Below, in pieces: positions 8,506-18,789 of a stretch of 64,000 bases of DNA. The stretch is from an uncultured Prevotella sp. Lineage in GTDB: Bacteria > Bacteroidota > Bacteroidia > Bacteroidales > Bacteroidaceae. The translations under genes were made by a program, and so were the position numbers. Under the pieces are notes generated by a model that ran no database searches, was not told where the DNA came from, and was given only the letters and a program-made list of their open reading frames with translations. The stretch lies in the NCBI GenBank assembly GCA_937914865.1, contig CALDMD010000103.1, forward strand, positions 6,856 through 70,855, in the 5' to 3' direction. The number at the start of each line of letters is the position of its first letter. Positions within the stretch are counted from its first letter, which is position 1.

Positions 8506-11500
8506 ATGGAACAAACGTTCTTATTGACAGCTGCGCGGAAAGCAATGCTTGTCGGGTTCTTGACAGCAGTTCCCGCATTCAGTCTACCGTCAGTGGCAGA
8601 CACACTTCAGTCTTCAAACATCCAGCAACAGTCTGGCAAAGTTAAGGGTAAGGTTTTCGACTCAAATGGCGAGGCCGTTATCGGTGCTTCTGTCAAGATT
8701 GTAGGACAGAAGAACAGTGGCACCATCACCGACATCGACGGCAACTTCACCATCGACGCGAAGAATGGTCAGACCCTCGAAATCTCATATATAGGTTATA
8801 AGCCGAAAACCGTAAAGGTGAACGGTGCCAGCCTCACCGTAAAGCTTGAGGACGACGCACAACTCCTCAACGACGTGGTGGTTGTAGGCTACGGCACCAT
8901 GCGCAAGAAAGATCTCACCGGTAGCGTGTTGCAGATCAACCCCGAGAAGTTTGCTAACGAGAATCCCGGAACCGTGCAGGATCTTCTTCGTGGCACACCG
9001 GGTTTGAACGTAGGCTACAGTGCCGACGCTAAGGGCGGTGGCTCGATGCAGATTCGTGGTCAGCGTTCTGTTTATACCGACGGCGGCCACAACGACCCGC
9101 TCATCATCCTCGACGGTATGGCTTTCTACGGCGAGCTCTCGGAAATCAATCCTGACGACATCGGTCAGATTGACGTATTGAAGGATGCTTCTGCAGCAGC
9201 CGTATACGGTGCAAAGGCTGCCAACGGCGTTATCATCGTCACTACTAAGAAAGGTAAGCTTGGCAAGCCGACCGTCAACGTGAGCGCAAACCTCGGTATC
9301 AACACCAAGAGCGACTACACAATGGACGTGTACAGTCCGTCGGGCTACATGAAGTTCCGCGAGGACTGGTACAAGGCCACAACCTACGGTATGGGCGACG
9401 ACGGTGTGTATGGCGCATACAAGGGAAAAGACGGCAAGGGTAACCTTATACAGCAGCCTGGCTATTATGACACTGCCGAGAACGCACAGCGTCTGTATGG
9501 CGTCGACCAGGCCACATGGGCAGCATACAGCAAGAATGCCGACGGCGAGTCGATGGCAAGCATCTACGCACAGCGTCTCGGACTGCGCGACAACGTGCTG
9601 CAGAACTATCTCGACGGCAACACTGTCGACTGGTGGGACAAGACATTCCGCACGGGTATCAACCAGGACTACAACGCAAGCATCTCGGGTGCAAGCGAGA
9701 CAATGAATTACTATATGTCGGCTGGCTTCCTGCGCAACGAGGGTGCCGTGAAGGGTAACGAATATCGCTCGATACGTGCCAACATGAAAGTGTCGGGCAA
9801 GGTCACAAAGTGGCTTGAGATTGGTGCCAACGTCAACTTCCAGGACCGCTCTGACGGTGACATCTCCGTAGGTCTCGGCACCAACTACTGGGACAACAAC
9901 CAGCTGCGCAACTCGCCATTCTCTACCTACCGCAACGAGGACGGCACGCTGGCACAGTATCCTATGAACCAGAACGATTACGGTGGCTACAGCTACGACT
10001 TCGAGCGTCAGTATCTCGACCTTGAGAAGGGCTACCAGGTGCTCAATACTATCTTCAACGCCAAGGTTACGCTGCCGTTCGGCATCACCTACGCTTTCAA
10101 TGCGTCGCCGCGCTACCAATATTACTACAACCGCTACTTCATGTCTGCCGACCGTCCTAACACCAACGCTCAGGACCGTGGCGTAGACCGTGGATGGGGC
10201 AAGCGCTTCGACTGGTCGCTCAACAACACCATCACTTGGGACCACACCTTCGCAAAGAAGCATCACGTCATCCTCACCCTCGTGCAGGAGGCAGAGGAGC
10301 GCCGCTACTGGAGCGATAATATCTCGGCACGCGAGATTCTTCCGTCCGATGCTCTTGGATTCCACAACACGCAGAACGCGACACTCGAGAAGAGTAGCTT
10401 CTCTACAAACGACACCCACCAGACTGCCGATGCTCTTCTCGCACGCTTGTTCTATAGCTACGACGACCGCTACATGATTACAGCTTCCGTACGTCGCGAC
10501 GGCTACTCGGCATTCGGTAACAACAACCCATACGCCACATTCCCGTCAGTGGCTCTCGGATGGTCGTTCACCAACGAGAAGTTCTGGAAGTGGAGCGACA
10601 TAATGAACACCGGTAAGCTGCGCCTCTCTTGGGGTAAGAACGGTAACCGCTCGCTCTCAGACCCGTATGTGGCTCTTGCCGATCTCGCTTCGGGCACAGG
10701 CAAGACAATGAACTACCTCACCGGCGGCAACATCGTCGACATGAAGTACCTCAGCGTGAACCGCTTGGCAAATCCTAACCTCCAGTGGGAGAAGACAGAG
10801 GCCATCAACGTAGGTCTCGACTTCGGATTCCTCAACGACCGCATCACAGGTAGCATCGACTATTACCACATGATGACCAAGGACATGATTATGAACCAGC
10901 GTCTGCCGGGATTCACTGGCTTCGGAAGCATCACCACCAACTTGGGACAGGTGAACAACGACGGTCTTGAGGTTTCTATCAACTCGCTCAATATCAAGGA
11001 GAAGAACTTCGAGTGGCGCACAAGCTTCGGTCTCTCTTGGAACAAGAATACCATCAAGAAGCTCTACGGCACCTACGAGGACGTGCTCGACAAGAACGGC
11101 AACGTAGTAGGACGCAAGGAGTCGGACGACCTCACCAACGGTTGGTTCATTGGCAAGTCTATCGGCACCATCTGGAACTATGAAGTGACTGGCATCTGGC
11201 AGACCGACGAGTATGAGGAGGCAGCCAAGTACGGACAGCGTCCGGGCGACCCGAAGGTATGGAACAACCCTGACAACGACCAGTACAACGAGGATGGAAC
11301 TGTGAAGAAGATTGTATACGGCAACGAGGACAAGAAGTTCCTCGGACAGACCACTCCGAAGGTGCGCTGGAGCCTGCGCAACGACTTCACCATCTTCAAG
11401 AACTGGAGCATCGGCATCAGCATGTACTCGCTCATGGGACACAAGAGTCTCTCAGGCTGGTATCTCAACAACGACAACGGCGGCTCGCTCGTCACAAAGC

Positions 11501-11820
11501 AGTGCAACACATGGGTGAAGGGCTACTGGACACCGGAGAACCCGACCAACAAGTACGCTCGTCTTGACGCACAGGGACCGACCGGAGCAACCGGAGCACA
11601 GAAGCTCATCAACCGCTCGTTCGTTCGTTTCGACAACCTCTCTGTTGCCTACACCTTCCCGAAGGAGTGGCTCGCCTCTACAGGCATCAGCCGTCTGAAG
11701 CTGTTCTTCAACATCAAGAACCTCGGCACTATCCACTCTTCCGACTGGGAGTATGGCGACCCCGAGACAGCAGGTCTCGCAACACGCACCTACACCTTCG
11801 GTATGAACATAACGCTCTAA
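8506..11820 (+). CDS. susC: SusC/RagA-family TonB-dependent outer-membrane glycan transporter
   Basis: 1104 aa. Signal peptide, carboxypeptidase-regulatory-like domain (GKVFDSNGEAVIGASVKIVG..TDIDGNFTI), a plug region (VVVGYGTMRKKDLTGSV) and a long beta-barrel. It is followed 31 nt later by a SusD-like gene. Confidence 0.95.
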   Translation: MEQTFLLTAARKAMLVGFLTAVPAFSLPSVADTLQSSNIQQQSGKVKGKVFDSNGEAVIGASVKIVGQKNSGTITDIDGNFTIDAKNGQTLEISYIGYKPKTVKVNGASLTVKLEDDAQLLNDVVVVGYGTMRKKDLTGSVLQINPEKFANENPGTVQDLLRGTPGLNVGYSADAKGGGSMQIRGQRSVYTDGGHNDPLIILDGMAFYGELSEINPDDIGQIDVLKDASAAAVYGAKAANGVIIVTTKKGKLGKPTVNVSANLGINTKSDYTMDVYSPSGYMKFREDWYKATTYGMGDDGVYGAYKGKDGKGNLIQQPGYYDTAENAQRLYGVDQATWAAYSKNADGESMASIYAQRLGLRDNVLQNYLDGNTVDWWDKTFRTGINQDYNASISGASETMNYYMSAGFLRNEGAVKGNEYRSIRANMKVSGKVTKWLEIGANVNFQDRSDGDISVGLGTNYWDNNQLRNSPFSTYRNEDGTLAQYPMNQNDYGGYSYDFERQYLDLEKGYQVLNTIFNAKVTLPFGITYAFNASPRYQYYYNRYFMSADRPNTNAQDRGVDRGWGKRFDWSLNNTITWDHTFAKKHHVILTLVQEAEERRYWSDNISAREILPSDALGFHNTQNATLEKSSFSTNDTHQTADALLARLFYSYDDRYMITASVRRDGYSAFGNNNPYATFPSVALGWSFTNEKFWKWSDIMNTGKLRLSWGKNGNRSLSDPYVALADLASGTGKTMNYLTGGNIVDMKYLSVNRLANPNLQWEKTEAINVGLDFGFLNDRITGSIDYYHMMTKDMIMNQRLPGFTGFGSITTNLGQVNNDGLEVSINSLNIKEKNFEWRTSFGLSWNKNTIKKLYGTYEDVLDKNGNVVGRKESDDLTNGWFIGKSIGTIWNYEVTGIWQTDEYEEAAKYGQRPGDPKVWNNPDNDQYNEDGTVKKIVYGNEDKKFLGQTTPKVRWSLRNDFTIFKNWSIGISMYSLMGHKSLSGWYLNNDNGGSLVTKQCNTWVKGYWTPENPTNKYARLDAQGPTGATGAQKLINRSFVRFDNLSVAYTFPKEWLASTGISRLKLFFNIKNLGTIHSSDWEYGDPETAGLATRTYTFGMNITL

Positions 11821-11851
11821 ACCAATAACTCAATTTAAAAGCATATTCATT

Positions 11852-13849
11852 ATGAAAACCAATATAGTTAAGCATATAGCAATGGGACTCGCCGTGGTAG
11901 CCGGAATGTCTACAATGTCAAGCTGCTCGCGCGACTTCCTCGACCCGGATCCTCTGTCAATATATGAGCCTGGCAAGACATTCTCCACAGAGTCTGGCCT
12001 GCAGGCTGCGCTCGCAATGGCCGACCGCTCGCTCTGCAACAACTACACATACTACAACAACAAGAACCTCTCTTGTCCGATCGCCACGGAGTATATGATG
12101 TCCGACCTCATGGTATACGGCAAGACAGACCAGGGCGGCGGCATCTGGGACGATATCAACAAGAAGCTCACGCCTACCAGTGGTATGCAGGAGAACGACA
12201 ACAACTACATTATGTTCTACTGGGACCAGGGCTACACAGGCATCAAGTATGCCAACACCGTGCTGTCTTACATCGACGGTGTGCAGGGACTCTCCGAGGA
12301 GAAGAAGAACGAGTATAAGGGTCGTGCTCTGTTCCACCGTGCCTATCGCTACTACAACCTCTGTTGGCAGTGGGGCGACGTGCCATTGGTGACGAAGATC
12401 CTTGAGGTGCCTAAGCAGAACTACAAGTCGACAAAGCGCGATGCCATCCTCCGTATGTGTGTGCACGACATGGAGCAGGCTGTAGAGTGGGTTCCGTCGC
12501 AGAAGCAGATGTCTACCATCGGTATGGTCAACAAGGAGGCTTGCCGTATGCTCCTCGCCAAGCTCTATCTGTCTGTAGGCGAGTGGAAGAAGGCTGAGCA
12601 GCAGTGCGACGAGCTTATCAACAACTCGGGCCTCGCTCTTATGCAGCAGCCTTTCGGCAGCGCTGAGGATGCCGAGGGCGGCGAGCCTGAGACATGGAAG
12701 ATCACACGCAACGTCATCTGGGACCTTCACCGTCCGGTGAACAAGTATCGTTCGGACAACACCGAGACCATTCTCGCCATGCTCAACATCAGCGACCAGC
12801 GCCATGTCGACTATCTCACAATGCGTATCTTCGGTCCGAGCTGGAGCGACGACAAGCGCTTGAAGACTCCCGACGGCATGAGAGCAGGTATCAACTATGC
12901 CCGCAACGACTCTAAGTACCGCAAGGACCACGACCTTCTGCGTGCCTTCGGACGCGGCATCGGTGTGTTCCGTCCCACAGCATGGTCGCAGCACACCATG
13001 TGGGAAGTGAACGGCGTGGAGGACAACGAGGATCTTCGCCACAACTCTAAGGTGGGCAACTGGGTTCACATGACCGACCTGAAGTATAACAACGAGGGCT
13101 CTGAGTACGACGGCAAACCATTCCAACTCTTCGATGAGAACGGGACATGTCTCAGCTCCGACACCATCCGCAACTGGTATGACTTCCCTCTCTACAAGAT
13201 TTACTTCAAGGACGCTTCTGCCGAGCAGAATCTTGGCGCAACACAGTTCAACGGCTGTACGAAGGGTACTGACGGCACTCTCTATCTCTACCGTCTTGCC
13301 GAGGCTTATCTCGTACGTGCCGAAGCCAAACTCTATCAGGGCGATGCCACTGGCGCAGCCGAGGATGTGAACACTATACGTAGACGTGCCAACTGCTCAC
13401 AGCTCTACACTACTGTCAACATTGGCGACATCATGAACGAGCGTGCCCGCGAGCTTTACCTTGAGGAGTGGCGCAACGTGGAGCTGACACGTGTCAGCTA
13501 CGACCTCGCACTCAGCGGCAAGCCCGACGAGTGGGGCAACACCTACGACGTGAACACATGGGACAAGCAGGAAGGTACAGAGCTTACCGGCGGTAGCTAC
13601 TGGTATCAGCGTTGCGTGAACTATTCTTACTATAACCAGCCTTACGGACACAACATCAAGAGCGGTCCTGCAACTCTCAACTACACCATGAACAAGAACA
13701 ACGTGTTCTGGCCGATACCTGACGGCGCTATCACAGCCAACCGCTATGGCAAGCTCATGCAGAACTACGGCTACTCTGGCTACGACCCGTCTGTACAGGA
13801 GTGGGACAATTGGGAGGATGCCGTTGCCGATGAGGACAAGACAGAGTAA
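11852..13849 (+). CDS. susD: SusD/RagB-family glycan-binding lipoprotein
   Basis: 665 aa with a lipoprotein signal (..STMSSCS). Position directly after susC. C-terminal RAELYLEEWR-type TPR-like region typical of SusD. Confidence 0.9.
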   Translation: MKTNIVKHIAMGLAVVAGMSTMSSCSRDFLDPDPLSIYEPGKTFSTESGLQAALAMADRSLCNNYTYYNNKNLSCPIATEYMMSDLMVYGKTDQGGGIWDDINKKLTPTSGMQENDNNYIMFYWDQGYTGIKYANTVLSYIDGVQGLSEEKKNEYKGRALFHRAYRYYNLCWQWGDVPLVTKILEVPKQNYKSTKRDAILRMCVHDMEQAVEWVPSQKQMSTIGMVNKEACRMLLAKLYLSVGEWKKAEQQCDELINNSGLALMQQPFGSAEDAEGGEPETWKITRNVIWDLHRPVNKYRSDNTETILAMLNISDQRHVDYLTMRIFGPSWSDDKRLKTPDGMRAGINYARNDSKYRKDHDLLRAFGRGIGVFRPTAWSQHTMWEVNGVEDNEDLRHNSKVGNWVHMTDLKYNNEGSEYDGKPFQLFDENGTCLSSDTIRNWYDFPLYKIYFKDASAEQNLGATQFNGCTKGTDGTLYLYRLAEAYLVRAEAKLYQGDATGAAEDVNTIRRRANCSQLYTTVNIGDIMNERARELYLEEWRNVELTRVSYDLALSGKPDEWGNTYDVNTWDKQEGTELTGGSYWYQRCVNYSYYNQPYGHNIKSGPATLNYTMNKNNVFWPIPDGAITANRYGKLMQNYGYSGYDPSVQEWDNWEDAVADEDKTE

Positions 13850-13910
13850 GAGCTATTTGTAGGAGGTACGGTCTCCGAACCGTACCATGCAAATTTGACA
13901 CATCAATCAT

Positions 13911-13960
13911 AAAAAATCCGCAACTGGTAGACTTAAACATATACTGGTTGCGGATTTTTT
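13911..13960 (+). terminator. hairpin plus T-run after susD
   Basis: aaaaaatccgcaac ... gttgcggatttttt. The stem is followed by a T-run. Confidence 0.55.
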
Positions 13961-14046
13961 GTTTGAATGTCTTTACAACTCTTCCAATTTCACGATTAAT
14001 CCTCTTTTTATCACGATTAGTCTCCTTTGTTATATGAGGATTTTAA

Positions 14047-14054
14047 TAACTTTG
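14047..14054 (+). promoter_or_regulatory. -7 box (TAACTTTG) upstream of the tandem GH43 gene
   Basis: TAACTTTGAC lies about 40 nt upstream of the ATG at 14095. Confidence 0.45.
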
Positions 14055-14094
14055 ACATACCGATAAGTAATATAACTTAAAAACCAAACAATAG

Positions 14095-15990
14095 ATGAAA
14101 AAAACTATTTTCTCAGTTGCACTTGCAGTACTTTCCATGTGTCATGTGCCTGCACTCGCGCAGCAGAATCCGATACTCCCCGGCTTCCATGCCGACCCCG
14201 AGATTGTGTACAGCAACCTCACCCACCGCTATTATATCTACTCTACGACCGACGGCACACCCGGTTGGGGCGGCTACACCTACCGTTGCTTCTCGTCTGC
14301 CGACCTGAAGGAGTGGCGCGACGAGGGCGACGTGCTCAACGCAAAGAACGGACAGATACCCTGGGCCAACGGCAACCTCTGGGCGCCTGCCATACAGGAG
14401 GTGAAGACAGGAAAGAACCGATACAAGTATTATCTCTACTACAGCGCCAATCCCAAGGCAGGAGGCGGCAAGCAGATAGGCGTGGCTGTGAGCGACAAGC
14501 CTACAGGCCCGTTTGTCGACTTCGGCAAGTCGATTGTCAACACCGCTCCCAAAGGCTGCCGCGGACAACAGATTGACGTTGACGTGTTTGTCGACCCGCG
14601 CTCGAAGAAACCCTATCTCTACTGGGGCAACGGCTATATGGCTGGTGCCGAACTGCAGAAGAGCATGACCGAAATAAAACCGCAGACCTTGAAGGTGCTC
14701 ACTCCCGAGGGCGGCACACTGAAGGACTACGCCTATCGCGAGGCACCTTACGTGTTCTATCGCAAGGGAACGTACTATTTCATGTGGTCGGTCGACGACA
14801 CCGGGTCTGCCAACTACCATGTGGCATACGGCACAGCCAAGTCGCCGCTCGGTCCTATCACCGTGGCGCGTGAGCCGATAGTGCTGCAGCAAGACCCGTC
14901 GAAGAACATCTACGGCACTGCCCACAACTCTGTCATCAACATTCCCGGCACCGACGACTGGTACATCGTCTACCACCGCATCAACCGCCTCTTCATCAAT
15001 GCCGACGAGAAGCCCGGCATACACCGTGAGGTGTGCATCGACCGACTGGAGTTCAACGCCGACGGCACTATAAAGCCGGTGCAGCCCACTCATGCCGTGA
15101 CCAATCGCGACGGTTCGCTCGACCTCATTGCCAACGGCAATCCTCTCTTCCGCAATGTCCACACCGCCGACCCTGCTGCCTATGTAGAGGGCGACACACT
15201 CTGGCTCTTTGCCGGACACGATGCCGACGACGCTACAGCCACGGGCTACAAGATGACCGACTGGCTCGCCTTCTCCACCACCGACCTCAAGCACTGGCGT
15301 CAACATCCCGTGCCGCTCGACATCAGCGCCTTCAAGTGGGCGACGAGCAAGCAGGCTTTTGCCGGACACGTGGCGAAGCGCAACGGCAAGTACTACTGGT
15401 TTGTGTCGACCAACTGGTGTGGCATAGGCGTTGCCGAGAGCGACAACATTGCCGGACCATACAAGGACGCGATAGGCAAACCGCTGCTCACCAACAAGGA
15501 CTGCCGTGGCTCGCGCCATAGCTGGGCGTGCATCGACCCTGCAATATTCATCGACGACGACAACACTCCTTATATCGTATGGGGCAACCGCCAGTGCTAC
15601 ATCGCCCGTCTGAAAGACAACATGACCGAGATTGACGGCGACATCCACCAGATCGACCTCGGCGACAAATACACCTTCACCGAGGCTCCGTGGATTCACA
15701 AGCGCGGCGGCAAGTACTATCTCACCTATGCCACTGGCTGGCCAGAAAAGATTGCTTACGCCATGAGCGACAACATTCTCGGCCCTTGGCAGCCCGTGGG
15801 ACTGCTCGACGGCATTGCCGGCAACAGCAACACCACCCATCCCGCCATCGTTGAGTTCAAGGGCAAGTGGCTCTATTTCTCACACAACGGCGGACTGCCC
15901 GACGGACATTCCTTCAAGCGCAGCGTAGTGATGAAGCCGCTCGAATACAATGCCGACGGCACAATGAAGCTTGTTGAGACAGACAAGTAA
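14095..15990 (+). CDS. tandem GH43-GH43 glycoside hydrolase (arabinofuranosidase/arabinanase/xylosidase-type)
   Basis: 631 aa with a signal peptide. Two successive five-bladed-propeller-like halves each open with the GH43 N-terminal signature (NPILPGFHADPEI.. and NGNPLFRNVHTADPAAY..). Confidence 0.85.
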   Translation: MKKTIFSVALAVLSMCHVPALAQQNPILPGFHADPEIVYSNLTHRYYIYSTTDGTPGWGGYTYRCFSSADLKEWRDEGDVLNAKNGQIPWANGNLWAPAIQEVKTGKNRYKYYLYYSANPKAGGGKQIGVAVSDKPTGPFVDFGKSIVNTAPKGCRGQQIDVDVFVDPRSKKPYLYWGNGYMAGAELQKSMTEIKPQTLKVLTPEGGTLKDYAYREAPYVFYRKGTYYFMWSVDDTGSANYHVAYGTAKSPLGPITVAREPIVLQQDPSKNIYGTAHNSVINIPGTDDWYIVYHRINRLFINADEKPGIHREVCIDRLEFNADGTIKPVQPTHAVTNRDGSLDLIANGNPLFRNVHTADPAAYVEGDTLWLFAGHDADDATATGYKMTDWLAFSTTDLKHWRQHPVPLDISAFKWATSKQAFAGHVAKRNGKYYWFVSTNWCGIGVAESDNIAGPYKDAIGKPLLTNKDCRGSRHSWACIDPAIFIDDDNTPYIVWGNRQCYIARLKDNMTEIDGDIHQIDLGDKYTFTEAPWIHKRGGKYYLTYATGWPEKIAYAMSDNILGPWQPVGLLDGIAGNSNTTHPAIVEFKGKWLYFSHNGGLPDGHSFKRSVVMKPLEYNADGTMKLVETDK

Positions 15991-16031
15991 GCCCGTTTTG
16001 TTGATGCAAATGACCGATCTTGTTGGTTTCT

Positions 16032-16119
16032 CACGGCTGTGGCGAGCATGAGCCACGGCCGTGGCTGACGCTTGCCACGGGCGTGACGCGTGCTCACCAC
16101 GGGCGTGGCACGACGACAT
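16032..16119. repeat. 4 x 22-bp phased GC-rich repeat (CACGGnCGTGrC core)
   Basis: Cores start at 16032, 16054, 16076 and 16098. The second core, ccacggccgtgg, is a perfect 12-bp palindrome. Confidence 0.75.
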
Positions 16120-16227
16120 TCGAGTGAGAATGACATGACATTCCTCCTTGTTAACTTGTCTACTCGTTTACTGACAGCATGTCTAAGACATGCGAAACTT
16201 CAATACTTAATTTAAACTTCAAAATAA

Positions 16228-18309
16228 ATGAAATCGTTCATTTTATCTGCCGCTCTCATCGTTGCCGTTTCATTCCCGGCAGCCGCAAAGACATCCAAGA
16301 ATGCTACAATAGCCAACGGCTATCCCTATACTCAGGTGCCGTTCACAAGTGTGAAAATAGCCCACGATTCGTTCTGGGGCGCACGCCTGAAGGCTGCGCG
16401 CGAGGTGACGGTGCCGCTCGCCTTCTCGAAGTGCGAGAGCGAGCACCGCTACAAGAACTTCGACATGGCAGCCTACACGCTGAAGCATCCGGGTCATGCC
16501 GGACTGCAGACGCCCGAGTGGGACGTGTCGAAGATTATGGGCTACTCGTTCGACGACACCGATGTCTACAAGACCATCGAGGGCGCGAGCTACATACTCC
16601 AGACCTATCCCGACAACAAGCTCAAGGCTTATATCGACAGTGTGCTCACCGTTGTCGGTGCGGCACAGGAGGCCGACGGCTACCTCTACACGGCACGCAC
16701 CATCAATCCTGAGCATCCCCACCAGTGGTCGGGCGCGAAGCGCTGGACAAAGGAGGAGGACTTGAGTCATGAGCTGTACAATCTCGGTCACATGGTCGAT
16801 GCTGCCTGCGCTCATTATCAGGCAACGGGCAGCCATAAATTTCTCGACATCGCCCGCCGCTATGCCGACTGCGTGTGCCGCGAGGTGGGAGCGGGCAGCG
16901 GACAGGCAACTGTCGTGCCGGGCCATCAGATTGCCGAGATGGCTCTTGCGCGTCTCTACACGCTGACTGGCGAGAAGCGCTATCTCGACGAGGCTAAGTA
17001 TCTGCTCGACTTCCGTGGCAAGACCCACATACGCCAGGAATACTCGCAGAGCCACAAGCCCATCCTCGAGCAGACGGAGGCTGTTGGTCATGCCGTGCGT
17101 GCGGGATATATGTATTCAGGAATAGCCGACGTGGCTGCCCTCACACACGACTCTGCCTACATAAAGGTAATCGACCGCATCTGGCAGAACATCTACGGCA
17201 AGAAGGTGTATCTCACAGGTGGAGTGGGGGCGCGCCACTGGGGCGAGGCTTTCGGTGCCAACTATGAGCTTCCCAACAAGACTGCCTACAACGAGACGTG
17301 CGCCGCCATCTCTATGGTATACCTCAACGAGCGCATGTTCCTGCTTCACGGCGAGAGCAAGTATATCGACTGCTTGGAGCGCACATTGTATAATGGTGTG
17401 ATTTCGGGAATGAGCATGGACGGAGGTCGCTTCTTCTATCCCAACCCGTTGTCGAGCGACGGCAAGTATGCTTTCAATGCCGACAACACCCTGACGCGCC
17501 AGCCGTGGTTTGGCTGTGCCTGCTGCCCGAGCAACCTGAGCCGTTTCATCCCGTCGGTGCCGGGCTATCTCTATGGCGTGAGAAACAACGACATCTATGT
17601 GAACCTCTTTGCCGCCAATACATCAACAATAAGTGTGGACGGCAAGGACGTGGTGCTTGAGCAGACCACACAGTATCCTTGGGATGGCGACATACGGATA
17701 AAGGTGATGAAGTCGGCTGCGAAGAATGTCAACCTGCTTGTGCGCATACCCGGTTGGGTGCGCAACAATGTGTTGCCGAGCGACCTCTATGCCTACAGCG
17801 ACTCGGAGCATCCTGCCTATGCAGTGACGGTGAACGGCAAGAAGGTTGATGCCGACCTCGTCGCCAACAAGGGCTATCTGCCGGTGAAGGGCATCAAGCG
17901 TGGCGACATCATACGCGTTCATTTCGACATGCCGGTGCGCACGGTTGTCGCCAACAAGAATGTGAAGGACGACGAGGGACGTGTGGCTGTGGAGCGCGGT
18001 CCGATAGTCTACTGCGCTGAGGCTGCCGACAACCAGGGCGAGCCCATTCTGCGTGCTGTGATGAACAAGCGTCCGACATTTGCGGTTGCCGACAACTACC
18101 GTGTTCAGAACACAGAGACAAAGGGTGCCCAGCCGTTCGCCGTCAAGGCCATCACCACCGAGGCACAGATGCTTGAGGAGCAGGCCGACGGCAAGGTGGG
18201 CGTGAAGAACCAGAAACTCACCCTCATTCCCTACTACGCATGGAACCATCGCGGAGCGGGCGAGATGAACGTGTGGTTTGTGCAGTCGCTGACAATGCTT
18301 GACAAGTAG
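16228..18309 (+). CDS. glycoside hydrolase family 127 (beta-L-arabinofuranosidase, DUF1680)
   Basis: 693 aa with a signal peptide. FGCACCPSNLSRF cysteine motif, NETCA and YPNPL segments as in HypBA1-type enzymes. Confidence 0.85.
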   Translation: MKSFILSAALIVAVSFPAAAKTSKNATIANGYPYTQVPFTSVKIAHDSFWGARLKAAREVTVPLAFSKCESEHRYKNFDMAAYTLKHPGHAGLQTPEWDVSKIMGYSFDDTDVYKTIEGASYILQTYPDNKLKAYIDSVLTVVGAAQEADGYLYTARTINPEHPHQWSGAKRWTKEEDLSHELYNLGHMVDAACAHYQATGSHKFLDIARRYADCVCREVGAGSGQATVVPGHQIAEMALARLYTLTGEKRYLDEAKYLLDFRGKTHIRQEYSQSHKPILEQTEAVGHAVRAGYMYSGIADVAALTHDSAYIKVIDRIWQNIYGKKVYLTGGVGARHWGEAFGANYELPNKTAYNETCAAISMVYLNERMFLLHGESKYIDCLERTLYNGVISGMSMDGGRFFYPNPLSSDGKYAFNADNTLTRQPWFGCACCPSNLSRFIPSVPGYLYGVRNNDIYVNLFAANTSTISVDGKDVVLEQTTQYPWDGDIRIKVMKSAAKNVNLLVRIPGWVRNNVLPSDLYAYSDSEHPAYAVTVNGKKVDADLVANKGYLPVKGIKRGDIIRVHFDMPVRTVVANKNVKDDEGRVAVERGPIVYCAEAADNQGEPILRAVMNKRPTFAVADNYRVQNTETKGAQPFAVKAITTEAQMLEEQADGKVGVKNQKLTLIPYYAWNHRGAGEMNVWFVQSLTMLDK

Positions 18310-18365
18310 TTGATTTTTATGTTAAGATAATTATGCACATTTGCTTAACCTTATATATAAATACT

Positions 18366-18789
18366 CAAGTTTTGGATTTAGATTTTCATTGAAGCGTCCA
18401 CCGCCTACGGCGAGTGGACTCGGGTCAAAAGAACACTGATAACACCGAGATGCACAGATCGGTCTTTTTCACGGATTTTGACCCGTGCTGAAATTTGATT
18501 TATTGCGCCTACGGCGCCGATTTAAAAGGATTTTGCGAGCAAGCTCGCCTCGGTGTTATATGCCATTGCTTGAAGAGAGCACTTCTAATATTATGATGCG
18601 GAGCAGGACGCTTTAGCGTCCAAAATCCTTTTATAATCTGCGCCGCAGGCGCATAAAATCCAAAAGTGTAGGTCTAAGGAAATCAGTGAATGACCAATCT
18701 GTGTATCTCGGTGTTATCTGTGTTCCTTAGACCATTTCTCAGTAGCCGAAGGCTCTGAGAACCAACTTCGCACTTAAATCCGAAACTTG
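18366..18789. repeat. about 424-bp imperfect palindrome (two diverged inverted arms, each a chain of small GC hairpins); MITE-like element or structured RNA
   Basis: Termini are caagttttggatttag (18366-18381) and cttaaatccgaaacttg (18773-18789). An inner arm match at 18431-18464 versus the reverse complement of 18702-18735 scores 31/34. Confidence 0.7.

Noticed and set aside
8785-10419. Very long antisense ORFs inside real genes. Examples: 544 aa at 8785-10419(-), 575 aa at 14113-15840(-), 699 aa at 27171-29270(-), 389 aa at 11957-13126(-), 387 aa at 41905-43068(-), 344 aa at 58071-59105(-).
   Set aside because: Each lies entirely opposite a gene with strong family-level sequence signatures. 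Their translations are low-complexity (V/H/R/A-rich) with no recognisable motifs. High GC3 codon bias on the sense strand suppresses stop codons on the antisense strand. I treat them as artefacts.
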